Below, one piece after another: positions 27,268 to 36,187 of a stretch of DNA of 38,533 bases. The DNA comes from Candidatus Yanofskybacteria bacterium (GTDB taxonomy: Bacteria; Patescibacteriota; Minisyncoccia; 2-02-FULL-40-12; IGHO2-12-FULL-4), in contig JACOZX010000017.1 in NCBI GenBank assembly GCA_016181105.1, positions 1-38,533 on the forward strand, read 5' to 3'. Within the stretch, counting starts at the first letter, position 1. Each line of letters begins with the position of its first letter. Both the position numbers and the translations under genes were made by a program. The notes under the pieces are model-generated. The model searched no databases and was not told where the DNA came from. It saw only the letters and a list, made by a program, of their open reading frames with translations.

Positions 27268-27295
27268 AGTATATGAAATTGGTTGTTTGTGTCAA
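27268..27295 (-). promoter_or_regulatory. Sigma70-like promoter
   Basis: TTGACA-16 nt-TATACT, 11 nt before ATG 27256. Confidence 0.55.
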
Positions 27296-27356
27296 AGGTC
27301 TGATTTGTCAGAAATTAAAAAGTGGCTTGAAGTTATCGCACCACTTAACATAAAAT

Positions 27357-27614
27357 TTATCCCGCTATTTGTTTGTAAATTGAGCAATTCAGTTCTTGGG
27401 CTAGTTGCTCGGCATTCAATTCATTCTCTGGTATAGCCAAGAGCACTTGTCTCCCCAGAGTGTTAGTGAGGTAAGTCGCATTTGGACACCTCGCTACGAC
27501 TTGTTTTAAAAACTCCTTTGCCCTATGTTTATAAACTGAACGAGCATCCTCACATTTTTCAATAGGCGGGTAGTCTTGTTTGTTAATGAATATAAATTTT
27601 ATTTTGTCTGTCAC
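27357..27614 (-). CDS. Hypothetical protein (85 aa)
   Basis: ORF with its own promoter, purine-rich RBS and downstream AAGTGG/CCACTT hairpin. Confidence 0.6.
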   Translation of the reverse strand: MTDKIKFIFINKQDYPPIEKCEDARSVYKHRAKEFLKQVVARCPNATYLTNTLGRQVLLAIPENELNAEQLAQELNCSIYKQIAG

Positions 27615-27653
27615 CGTTGTTCTCTCTATTCTTATTTTTAAACAGCTTCACTC

Positions 27654-27699
27654 TTTATACGAAAACAGCCACAGTAAGTCAAACCCGATTAAAGTGTCC
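27654..27699 (-). promoter_or_regulatory. Promoter embedded in junction motif copy 1
   Basis: GGACACTTTAATCGGGTTTGACTT containing -35 TTGACT, then 17 nt, then TATAAA. Confidence 0.55.
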
Positions 27700-27813
27700 G
27701 CCCTAGTAGAGACGACGTCCAAAACTTATTATCTGTCTACACAGAGGTTAATTTATTTTATTAATTATTACAAAAAGCGAGGATTTTGTCCTCGCACAAA
27801 TATGACCCCTAGA

Positions 27814-28047
27814 TTATAATCCATCTTGCGCCAACTCACGATGGATTTTCCAAATTGCAACAAGTGCTGTTTTGTCACTCTGCACCGCAGTACTTTTCCA
27901 CCCACAGGAACAAATTGCTCGGTCAGCCCCATCATGATAGTAGAAGCCCCCATCTCCAAACGTACAAGGCCTAAAGTCAACTAGTGCGTGTTTATTTTTA
28001 TCAATCGTTTCTACTGCTTTTTTGATGGGCATCGACATTCTTGGCAT
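27814..28047 (-). CDS. Hypothetical small protein with an H...CSCGW...W..H putative Zn site
   Basis: GAGG RBS, own promoter, Cys/His pattern. Confidence 0.62.
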   Translation of the reverse strand: MPRMSMPIKKAVETIDKNKHALVDFRPCTFGDGGFYYHDGADRAICSCGWKSTAVQSDKTALVAIWKIHRELAQDGL

Positions 28048-28076
28048 TTTATACCTCTTTCAAATTACCAAATCAG

Positions 28077-28121
28077 ATATTACCGCGCTTAGGTTCGGAA
28101 GTCAAACACGATTTAGTGTCC
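28077..28121 (-). promoter_or_regulatory. Promoter embedded in junction motif copy 2
   Basis: GGACACTAAATCGTGTTTGACTT containing -35 TTGACT, then 17 nt, then TAATAT. Confidence 0.55.
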
Positions 28122-28134
28122 TGCACCTGCCTTA

Positions 28135-28446
28135 CTAGTCGTCGTCGACTTTTTGTTTACGGGGTTTGAATAATAGATTTAAGAGATAATCTAATTCTAC
28201 ACTAGAAAGTCCAGATTTGAAGGCAACCTCTAAAACGATGTTTCTCGCCTCAATTTCAGCTCCTAATTTTTCCCTTCTTTTTATTTTGTCTATTTTTTCT
28301 TGCCATGTTCCATAGCCCAAATCGGCCATTTGGTCATCATATATTCTGGATAAGTTTCCCGGTTCGTCTATAATTTGAAGGCGAATACGCTCGTAAAAGT
28401 TGCCGTCTTCGACCAATCTGTTCTTGTGTATTTTTTCCGTATACAT
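28135..28446 (-). CDS. Hypothetical protein starting immediately after tRNA-Lys
   Basis: ATG at 28446 (MYTEKIHK...); the ORF-track start at 28479 lies inside the tRNA. Confidence 0.55.
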   Translation of the reverse strand: MYTEKIHKNRLVEDGNFYERIRLQIIDEPGNLSRIYDDQMADLGYGTWQEKIDKIKRREKLGAEIEARNIVLEVAFKSGLSSVELDYLLNLLFKPRKQKVDDD

Positions 28447-28448
28447 AG

Positions 28449-28521
28449 TCCGCCCGGTTGGAGTCGAACCAACGACCATCTCCTTAAAAGGGAGTTGCTC
28501 TACCAGCTGAGCTACGGGCGG
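28449..28521 (-). tRNA. tRNA-Lys(UUU), CCA not encoded
   Basis: Acceptor stem CCGCCCG/CGGGCGG, D arm GCTCAGCTGGTAGAGC, anticodon loop CTTTTAA, T arm GTTGGTTCGACTCCAAC; upstream TTGCTA-17-TAAAAT. Confidence 0.95.
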
Positions 28522-28577
28522 GTTAAATTAAAACCTATTTTATTACAAAAAAACGACTTTAGCAAATTAAAATGCGC

Positions 28578-29561
28578 TTATTTAAGCGCAAGGTCGTTAA
28601 GAAATTGTTGGAGTGCCGCTTGAACCAACCTTAAATCTTCCTCTTTTGAAACAATAAAAGTCTTGCCTCTGCCATTTAAATCCGATTTATCTTTGCTGTT
28701 ATTCTTCAGGTCACGGATTCTCTTTTGTACAATCTGTGAAAAAAGGTTATTATTGAAGATTTTTTCTATTCTTTCAAGAGAAGAAGCCAAGGCAAGGTCG
28801 TCGTAACCGCTATTTCTAAGCATGGTCTGACCGTTTCTGTCAGCCTCACTTTCATGCTCTAAGGGCAGAATGCCCACAAACTCGTTATAGCCAAATAACT
28901 TTTGCGCGGCTAGACCCAAAAGCACGACTTTTTCAAAATCCTTTGCAACGAAGGCTTTTTGAGCAAAGACGGTAAGATTTTTGACTATTCTTCTGGACTC
29001 GGCCACATGTCTAAGCGCGATGTGGCTGACTTCATGGCTCAAAAGAGCCGCCAGTTCGGCTTCATTATTAGCCCACATTATTTGGGTAGTACCGACATAA
29101 ATAGTTTCGGCCGGCAAAGCAAAAGCATTGTTGGTTCTGCCGACAAAACGGTCGTCGTAGAGACGAAGTTTTAAAACCCTGTTTTTCCACTCCTCTGAAA
29201 AATCTTTTTGTAAATTTGCAAGAATGAGTTCAAGGTATTGTTTTGTTTTTTCATGTTCTAGGACAATATTATAGTCCTGGGATACCAAATCAACAGATTC
29301 GTCCATCTCAAAATCATCTTTCAGCGGAGGCAGAGCCCCGCTGTTTCTAATTTCCAAAACCAAAAGGTCTATTTCTTTTTCTAATTTTGCGTAAGACGGT
29401 AAATTTCCCGGCGATCCTTTGTTTGGTATCTGGTCTTCAGACTGATTCAGAAATATAAAAAAGAAAACAACAAGAAGAACAAAAACTAAAAAGAAGATAA
29501 CCTCCCTAGCTCTATAAAGATTACCAAAACCGCCATCATTGCCAGATTCGTCTTCCGACAT
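28578..29561 (-). CDS. Membrane-anchored M48-family Zn metalloprotease
   Basis: NAFALP, EAELAALLSHEVSH (HEXXH), ESEADRNG; one N-terminal TM. Confidence 0.88.
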   Translation of the reverse strand: MSEDESGNDGGFGNLYRAREVIFFLVFVLLVVFFFIFLNQSEDQIPNKGSPGNLPSYAKLEKEIDLLVLEIRNSGALPPLKDDFEMDESVDLVSQDYNIVLEHEKTKQYLELILANLQKDFSEEWKNRVLKLRLYDDRFVGRTNNAFALPAETIYVGTTQIMWANNEAELAALLSHEVSHIALRHVAESRRIVKNLTVFAQKAFVAKDFEKVVLLGLAAQKLFGYNEFVGILPLEHESEADRNGQTMLRNSGYDDLALASSLERIEKIFNNNLFSQIVQKRIRDLKNNSKDKSDLNGRGKTFIVSKEEDLRLVQAALQQFLNDLALK

Positions 29562-29630
29562 CTCGTCACTCCAAATTTTCAACGACCTTTCATCAGATTA
29601 ACACTAAAAAAATACCAAAACAACTACCGC

Positions 29631-29839
29631 CTTAGTTTGGTGAATAATGCTTTTGTAGGCTCTGTGGGCTGTGGATTGCTCGTGAGTCACTTTTTCAGCC
29701 CATTCGCTGAAAGCGAATAAGATGAAAAAGTGACGAACTGGTCGGAAAGTTTTCTTTCAGAATCCATAGCCCACAAAGAGCGAGTTTCTTCGCTGGAAAG
29801 AAACGAGCGTCCGAAAAAAGCAATATTCACCAAACTAAG
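29631..29839 (+). repeat. Structured dispersed element, copy C (209 nt)
   Basis: 24-bp terminal IR with one mismatch (29631-29654 / 29816-29839); nested stems TGTGGGCTGTGGATT/AATCCATAGCCCACA, GTCACTTTTTCA/TGAAAAAGTGAC, GTTTCTT/AAGAAAC. Confidence 0.9.
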
Positions 29840-29846
29840 CGCCTAG

Positions 29847-31130
29847 TTATTTGACATAGTTCAAAAGCATGTTGAGCAGTCTTTCTTTCTCCGCGGTAAC
29901 TTTCTGCCGATGTTCCGGCACGGCGCAAATTCTAACGCAGAGATACTTCTCCACTTCTCTGTCAAGCAAATTAAAATAGGCCGGATCTTTTTCTTTCAAA
30001 GAGTAGCTCTTCGGACCGTCAAAAAAGAGAATGTCCTGCGGGATAAAACGGTCGCGTTCAACAATATGGCTGACCGCCACCTGCCAGCTTTTTAAATCAA
30101 GCGTTTTGGCAATTTGCGACTCAATAGTTTCCAGATCGCTTGGGCTGGATTTTTCGTAAAACCTGTCAAAAAATTCTTTGTCGGCCTCATAAACATCAAT
30201 CGGTTTACCGGCTCGTCTTTCAAGCCAGCCATAACCCTTCAGACGTATTGATATAGCTGTTTTAGGAAAGTGTTTGACGCCGCTATCAAAAATTTTTATG
30301 CCGTTCATAACGGATTCGTTCCGGCATTTTTTTAAAGCATGTATCAAATCGCCGTCCACCATATCCCACAACTCGTCTTCGCCGATACCGCCTTGGCCAA
30401 GAGGCGTGTGCAATAGCTGGTAGATAAGTTTTTGCATAAACCGCTGGATAAGATAGTTGCTTTTTTCCAAATGCACATTGCGATAAAAATAAATGTAAGC
30501 TCTTTGGATTTCCATGGCTGAATCCAGAGCCTTGAGGTCAACCGCCAGTTTGCCGTCCCTGAAATCAAGATGATTGAAAACGCTTTCTACGCAATATCTG
30601 ATGTTCGGTCCAAATTGTGTAGATTCTTGGTCTCGGATAAGATAATCCAGCTTCTCCATGCCAAAATTTTTATCGTCAACAATCTTGCCTTTGGGGTCCT
30701 GCTTGGACATATATTTTTTTATCAACTCCAAATCGCCGCCGCAGGCTTTAATATCGTCAACCATCTTGTCCAAAATCTTGAGTCCATTGGTATGATGATT
30801 ACGTTCAGTAAAAACTTCTATCACATGAGACAGCGGGCCATGTCCGATATCATGCAAAAGAGCGTAAAGATTTAAGTTGACCTCTTCTTGATTGGTAAGA
30901 ACACCCAGTTTAGCCATTTTGGCGGTAAATTGAGACGTCCTGTAATAGGCACCCAGAGAATGTTGTCTGCGATCGTGAGTTGCGCCCGGAAAAACTAAAT
31001 AAGCAAGAGAGAGCTGACGCTTGTCGCTCAAGCGTCTAAAGTAGTGATTATCAACAATAGAGGCAATAGGTTTTTTATTAACTTGGCCGATGCCAGGCCA
31101 AGGAATCCACTTGTCACTTTGATTTATCAT
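29847..31130 (-). CDS. HD-domain phosphohydrolase (SAMHD1/COG1078-like dNTPase family)
   Basis: RLSDKRQLS..YLVFPGATHDR.QHSLG, LLHDIGHGPLSH, KLDYLIRD. Confidence 0.9.
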   Translation of the reverse strand: MINQSDKWIPWPGIGQVNKKPIASIVDNHYFRRLSDKRQLSLAYLVFPGATHDRRQHSLGAYYRTSQFTAKMAKLGVLTNQEEVNLNLYALLHDIGHGPLSHVIEVFTERNHHTNGLKILDKMVDDIKACGGDLELIKKYMSKQDPKGKIVDDKNFGMEKLDYLIRDQESTQFGPNIRYCVESVFNHLDFRDGKLAVDLKALDSAMEIQRAYIYFYRNVHLEKSNYLIQRFMQKLIYQLLHTPLGQGGIGEDELWDMVDGDLIHALKKCRNESVMNGIKIFDSGVKHFPKTAISIRLKGYGWLERRAGKPIDVYEADKEFFDRFYEKSSPSDLETIESQIAKTLDLKSWQVAVSHIVERDRFIPQDILFFDGPKSYSLKEKDPAYFNLLDREVEKYLCVRICAVPEHRQKVTAEKERLLNMLLNYVK

Positions 31131-32745
31131 CGTCTTTTTTATTGACAATTTGCCCCAGAGTTTCCCTCAAACCCCGCAAGTCAACAACAGCTTTCTCTGA
31201 AGAAGTGATTGGCTTCTTGTTTGAAACAGGAGCTGGCGGCGTAATTTTTCTGCCCCTGAAATCAACCGGACCGCTTCTTATAGCTTCCTGCAAAGAGGCC
31301 GGTTTTTGCTGTGCCGGGGACTGCGGAGAGATGCCGGAACTTGATGAAGACGGGTAGTGGTCTCTGTCCGGCGCGTACGTTCTTTCTCTCGGCTGAAATG
31401 GTGTTTGAAATTGAGGCGGATATGGTCTTTGGGACGGTTCTTTTCTAATCTCCGGCTGAATTAACTTGGCCGACCATTCGCCAATTTGTTTTTCAACTTC
31501 TTCTTTCGGATGAGCGTAAGTTTCTCTGGAAAAAGCAAGTATTTCCTTGGCATAGCTGACGTCCGGTCTTGGCCAAGGTGGCAGAGTATTGGCGGAAAAA
31601 GCTCTGGAAGCCACACCGTCTATCATCAGTTTCAAATAAATCTGCCATTTGGCCAAATTCACCAGGTCGTTTTCCGTAAAATCAGGAGCAAATTCTTTTT
31701 CCAAAATTTCCGCGTCTTCAGCGCCAATTCTAAAAGTAACAATCGTGCCAACGTTGCCGAAAACCGCTTTCTGCACCTCCTCCTCCATCTGCGCTATGTA
31801 CTGATGGGCAATAACCAAATTTAGCGCAAATTTTCTGGCTTCAGACAAAATGTTAGCAAAAGATTCAGTGGCAAAGTGCTGGAATTCGTCAACATATAAA
31901 TAGAATGAGGCCCGTTCTTTTTCCGGAATATCAGCCCGAGACATGGCGGCCAGTTGAATTTTGGTAATCATCATTGCGCCCAGCAGACGGCTGACATCTT
32001 CGCCAATCTTGCCCCTCGAAAGATTCATAATTAAAATTTTCTTCTCATCCATCACCTTGCGCACGTCAAGGGTAGATTTAACTTGACCCAAAATATTGCG
32101 GATAAGGCTGGAAGAGGTGAACTGGCCAACTTTGTTTTGCACTGAAGCCGTCGCCTCTGAAGCCAGACGATCCGTGTATTTGGCAAACTCCTGCGTCCAG
32201 AAAGCCTTTACCAACGGGTCGGTAATTTTTTCCACCACAGCTCCGCGAAATTCTTTTTCGGCAAGCATACGGTTGATGCCCAAAATAGTCGCTCCCGGAA
32301 ACTCCAGCAAAGCCAAGATGGTGTTATTCAAAATATACTCCATACGGGCCGAAAAGACCTCAACTCCAAAAACTTTTTTAAAAACGCCAAGCAAACCGGA
32401 GGCGACCAAGTGGCGGAAACGGTCGTCCACCTGCTCCATAACGTTAAAAGCGATGGGAAAATCCAAATCAGAAGGATCAAAAATAACCACATCTTTTATC
32501 CTTTCTTTGGGCACAAAATTAGGCAAGTCATCAGCGGTGTCGCCATGAGGGTCAATAAAAGCCACCCCCCGGCCGGCCTGAATATCCTGAATGACCATAT
32601 TTTTCAAAATTTCCGTCTTGCCCATGCCGGTCTTTCCGATGACATACATATGCCGGTCACGGTCGCCCTGCTTAATGCCAAAACGGGACCGCTGATTGCG
32701 AAAGTTAATTTCTCCAAATAATACCTTATCGTTGTCCATAAACAT
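31114..32745 (-). CDS. VirB4/VirD4/HerA-like P-loop ATPase (type IV secretion coupling-like)
   Basis: RHMYVIGKTGMGKT, FIDPHGD, LYVDEFQHF, ILSEARKF, AHQY; Pro/Gln-rich C-terminal tail. Confidence 0.9.
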   Translation of the reverse strand: MFMDNDKVLFGEINFRNQRSRFGIKQGDRDRHMYVIGKTGMGKTEILKNMVIQDIQAGRGVAFIDPHGDTADDLPNFVPKERIKDVVIFDPSDLDFPIAFNVMEQVDDRFRHLVASGLLGVFKKVFGVEVFSARMEYILNNTILALLEFPGATILGINRMLAEKEFRGAVVEKITDPLVKAFWTQEFAKYTDRLASEATASVQNKVGQFTSSSLIRNILGQVKSTLDVRKVMDEKKILIMNLSRGKIGEDVSRLLGAMMITKIQLAAMSRADIPEKERASFYLYVDEFQHFATESFANILSEARKFALNLVIAHQYIAQMEEEVQKAVFGNVGTIVTFRIGAEDAEILEKEFAPDFTENDLVNLAKWQIYLKLMIDGVASRAFSANTLPPWPRPDVSYAKEILAFSRETYAHPKEEVEKQIGEWSAKLIQPEIRKEPSQRPYPPQFQTPFQPRERTYAPDRDHYPSSSSSGISPQSPAQQKPASLQEAIRSGPVDFRGRKITPPAPVSNKKPITSSEKAVVDLRGLRETLGQIVNKKDDDKSK

Positions 32746-32757
32746 TGTTTCTATTAA

Positions 32758-34014
32758 CTACTCTATACCCAAACCTGCCGGGGGCTGGCCCTTTTTTGCC
32801 TCCACTCTGGGCAGCATCGGCGCCTGCACCTCTATGCCGGGCAAATGAAAAATCGTGGCCAGTTCTTCAACATTAAGAACAAAAATTTTTTGAGTAAACG
32901 CTCTGTCTTTCAAATCTTTAAAAAGATTGATTTTCTTTTCAAATGTCTTTTGCTCAACAAAAAAACCTTTATCCGAAGGGAACGGGCCGGCAAAAATGCC
33001 TTTTGAGTAAGTCAGAGTTTTTTTGTTAACTTTAAAGCTGTTCAAGTTAGCTGTAGCAAGTTGCTTAAACCCGCCCATAACCGCCGCAAAGTGGTAGCGG
33101 TGAAAAACTTCCTTCTTTGATACATACATAAGTCTGATACCGGTCTCAAAACCTATTTTAGAAGTTTTACGGCCGATAGCCTTGGCCATTTCCTCTTCCG
33201 GAGCAGAAAGTTTTTTATCTTTTTTATCTTCCTTTTTTTCCTCAAGACCGGGCAAAAAAACTTTATCAATCTGGTTGAACATTGACCCTATCAAGTTTTC
33301 TTCTTTTTTTGACTCCTTGCCAAGCAACTTATCCAGCGGTTCCTGCGCTTTTTTAACCCAGCCGTCACTAACCGGCCGGACCAGCAGTTGAATCACAAAA
33401 TTTTCTCCAAGACGAAAGGTGCTGAAAACCTCGGTAAGAGAGGACAGCGGATCCAGACGGCTGATCTGCTCCAAACCGGCCATTTTTTCTTCAAAAGCCG
33501 GATACGTCTGTATCGGGTAAGCATCTTCTTTGCTTAAAATCAGTTCTGTTCCAAAAACATCATATTCTTCGTTTGGAAGCTTCTCCGGCCATTCTTTCAT
33601 GTAATCTTCCGCTTCGTTAATTTCGGCATCCGGATATTGGGCAAAGACGTTGGACTCAACTATGTTTTTATAGTCTGTCAGCGTTCTGACGTAAAAATTG
33701 GTAACCCCATTTTGACCGACTATCTCTATGGAAAACCAGTCGGGCATCTTGCCTTTGAAAAGTTTCTCCTTCCAACTAACCGGCTTAATATATATCCCGT
33801 GAAGTCCGGCAAAAATCTGCTCGGCGGCTTTAGGACTGCGGTCAACATCCGGCGGCGGTTTAATATGCAACAGTGTCCAATTCAAAGATTTAAAGTATTC
33901 CGTTTGCGCGTAGTCCAGCCAGGCAAAGTAAAAACCTAAAAACAAAATAATGGGCATATAAACCCACCAGTAGGTTACCGCCAAATTTAAACCTAAAACA
34001 AGATCCTCAAACAT
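32758..34014 (-). CDS. Hypothetical membrane-anchored protein, likely partner of the ATPase
   Basis: N-terminal TM; SPKAAEQIFAGLHG, FSIEIVG, AQYPDAEI and LNVEELATIFHLP motifs I associate with CPR proteins adjacent to such ATPases; 12-nt gap to the ATPase. Confidence 0.75.
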   Translation of the reverse strand: MFEDLVLGLNLAVTYWWVYMPIILFLGFYFAWLDYAQTEYFKSLNWTLLHIKPPPDVDRSPKAAEQIFAGLHGIYIKPVSWKEKLFKGKMPDWFSIEIVGQNGVTNFYVRTLTDYKNIVESNVFAQYPDAEINEAEDYMKEWPEKLPNEEYDVFGTELILSKEDAYPIQTYPAFEEKMAGLEQISRLDPLSSLTEVFSTFRLGENFVIQLLVRPVSDGWVKKAQEPLDKLLGKESKKEENLIGSMFNQIDKVFLPGLEEKKEDKKDKKLSAPEEEMAKAIGRKTSKIGFETGIRLMYVSKKEVFHRYHFAAVMGGFKQLATANLNSFKVNKKTLTYSKGIFAGPFPSDKGFFVEQKTFEKKINLFKDLKDRAFTQKIFVLNVEELATIFHLPGIEVQAPMLPRVEAKKGQPPAGLGIE

Positions 34015-34058
34015 AGTCTGTATTTTGATGTCTTAAATCAATTATAACAGATTTCTAA

Positions 34059-34100
34059 CAAACAAAAACCCCGCTCTTGATTGAGCGGGGTTTTTGTTTG
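34059..34100 (-). terminator. Strong intrinsic terminator
   Basis: CAAACAAAAACCCCGCTC-TTGATT-GAGCGGGGTTTTTGTTTG, perfect 18-bp stem just after the stop at 34105. Confidence 0.85.
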
Positions 34101-34104
34101 AATA

Positions 34105-35157
34105 TTAAGCTTCTTTAAGAGAGTAGGTGCCATCTTGTTTTTTGGCAAAAATCTTTGAGTCTTGGAGGTTGAGAATTACCGTATTTTCTTTGACATATCT
34201 GGAAGATAAGACTTTGGCAACTAAAGTGTTCTTGTCCAAAGATTTCTTTGATTCTCTTAATATATCAACTAAAACATCTTTAACGGTTCCGGATTTATAG
34301 CCCCATTCAGACAAACCATAAATACCTCTGCCCACCAAAACAAAACGGCTGTCCTTGATGAGTTCATTGTGAACAGTCTGAACGTTGGCTTTTTTAACAG
34401 CGAATTGGGCCGTGTTGATAAGACTGGTAATCTCTCTAAAGTGTTTGGGTTTAGATTCTCTTTTTAAAACTAAATAGGCGCGGTCTCTAACTCCTCTTGG
34501 CTTTACTTCTGACCAACTAACCAAACCGTACTGGCCAAAAATGTTCCTGTCAATATTTTTAGAAACCGCCATGGCCGTCAAAAAGGCCTCCAAAGAGACC
34601 GGCTTGTTTTTGGCTTTAGATTTGTACAAAGAATACAATTCTTCTTTGGTCAGTAAAGTGTTTTTTTCCTTGAGAGCGCTTTCCACTGAACCGATAAGTT
34701 TGACTGCCGAATCCAAGGAACTGTCGTCAAGCGACCAAAAAGTATTGAAATCATCACTTTCGTAATTCCTGGCAAAGCTGGAATTTAGAGCAAGCAAAAA
34801 AGCAAGAGATAAATTAACCACGTTATCTTTTTCTTGTTCGCTGAATTTTCTGTATAAATCTTTTTCTGACAAAAATCCGCCGTGATCAGAAATTAAATTT
34901 AAAGCAAAATCAAAGTAAGGCTTTATCAAAGAAGCCGTAGAACCCATAGCTTCGGTGCGCAGATTTTTTAAGGCATAATCCTCAATTTGCCTGACTCTTT
35001 CTCTTGTTATTCCGTAGCCCTGGCCGATTGACTCAAGAGTCTCGCGACTGCCTGTTTTCAAGCCAAAACGACGCAAAACAATGTCCCTATTTCTCTCGGA
35101 CAAAGACTTTACCAAAACGGCTACGACCTTCTTAATGTTTTTATCTAAACTTGTCAT
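34105..35157 (-). CDS. Sigma70 region-4 HTH plus C-terminal winged-helix (HARE-HTH/RNAP delta-like) protein
   Basis: RRFGL...ETLESIGQGYGITRERVRQIE; QTVHNELIKDSRFVLVGRGIYGLSEWGY. Confidence 0.82.
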   Translation of the reverse strand: MTSLDKNIKKVVAVLVKSLSERNRDIVLRRFGLKTGSRETLESIGQGYGITRERVRQIEDYALKNLRTEAMGSTASLIKPYFDFALNLISDHGGFLSEKDLYRKFSEQEKDNVVNLSLAFLLALNSSFARNYESDDFNTFWSLDDSSLDSAVKLIGSVESALKEKNTLLTKEELYSLYKSKAKNKPVSLEAFLTAMAVSKNIDRNIFGQYGLVSWSEVKPRGVRDRAYLVLKRESKPKHFREITSLINTAQFAVKKANVQTVHNELIKDSRFVLVGRGIYGLSEWGYKSGTVKDVLVDILRESKKSLDKNTLVAKVLSSRYVKENTVILNLQDSKIFAKKQDGTYSLKEA

Positions 35158-35263
35158 ATGGTTTCTATTAAAAGAATAGTATAATATATAAAAAATAAGT
35201 CAAGACCAACCAGACAAAGAGAACTTAGCAGATAGTTTTTATCGTGTCAACGGTCGTCTGACT

Positions 35264-36172
35264 TTACTTCTTTTTTGACCACCAAACCAGTATCGGCGAA
35301 GCCACGGAAATGGATGAATAAGCGCCTAAAAATATGCCGATAATCATGGCCAAAGAGAAGTATTTTATTGATTCTCCGCCAAAAAAATAGATAGCTATCA
35401 AAGACAGTAAAACCGTAAAGGTCGTATTCAAGGAACGCGTCAGCGTCTGCATTACGCTGGAGTGAACCAAAGAACCAAAATCTTCTTTTCCTGCCCGTCC
35501 GGTAGGCGGGGCGCCAAAACGCAAAACGTTCTCCCTTACCCGGTCAAAAATCACCACAGTATCAGACACCGAAAATCCCAAAATAGTCAGAATCGCAGCG
35601 ACAAAAACACCGGTTACTTCTATGCCGTAGTACTCGCCCAAAAAAGCAAACACTCCGATAGGGATAAGCACATCGTGAGCCAAAGCGATAAGCGCCGCCA
35701 CACCCATCGCGAAAGGCGATAAAGTCTTGGAAAGTTTTCTAAAAACAAAGGCGATATACAAAACAATTAAGACCAAAACTAGAATCGTTGCCGTCAAGCT
35801 TTTTCTTTTTAGTTCACCGCCGATTGCCGCCCCGACCGAATCAAATCTTTCTTCCTGCAAATCGCCAAAAGCCGTTTTTAGGTCAGTTAAAATTTTCTGA
35901 TGAGTTGCCTCGTCTATCTCTTTCAGCCTCAAAATCAAAGAGTCCTCGCCAACCGGACTGACGGACACCTCGCCGAGATTTTCGGATTCAGCCAAAACGT
36001 CACTCACCTTTTGCACCTCCGGCACTTCAACTCCCTGATTAAACTGCACCTCAAGCATTGCGCCGCCCTTGAAATCAGTCCCGAAGTTCAGGCCAAAAAC
36101 AAAGGTGGAGATGATAGCCAAAACTGCCATTGATACTGATATGAAAAATAAAATTTTATAAGCCAGTTTCAT
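35264..36172 (-). CDS. secF: Protein translocase subunit SecF, with a 7-aa repeat-derived insertion
   Basis: GLNFGTDFKGG, HDVLI, GFSVSDTVVIFDRVRE, QTLTRSLNT, GAYSSI. Confidence 0.96.
   Translation of the reverse strand: MKLAYKILFFISVSMAVLAIISTFVFGLNFGTDFKGGAMLEVQFNQGVEVPEVQKVSDVLAESENLGEVSVSPVGEDSLILRLKEIDEATHQKILTDLKTAFGDLQEERFDSVGAAIGGELKRKSLTATILVLVLIVLYIAFVFRKLSKTLSPFAMGVAALIALAHDVLIPIGVFAFLGEYYGIEVTGVFVAAILTILGFSVSDTVVIFDRVRENVLRFGAPPTGRAGKEDFGSLVHSSVMQTLTRSLNTTFTVLLSLIAIYFFGGESIKYFSLAMIIGIFLGAYSSISVASPILVWWSKKK
35490..35510. repeat. 21-nt palindromic unit in frame in secF
   Basis: CCTGCCCGTCCGGTAGGCGGG, 17/21 identical to 21910-21930; encodes PPTGRAG. Confidence 0.8.
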
Positions 36173-36187
36173 GATTTTATTTTTAAA

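Noticed and set aside
28447-28623. ORF start at 28479 and ORF 28375..28623 (+)
   Set aside because: They overlap the tRNA-Lys gene.
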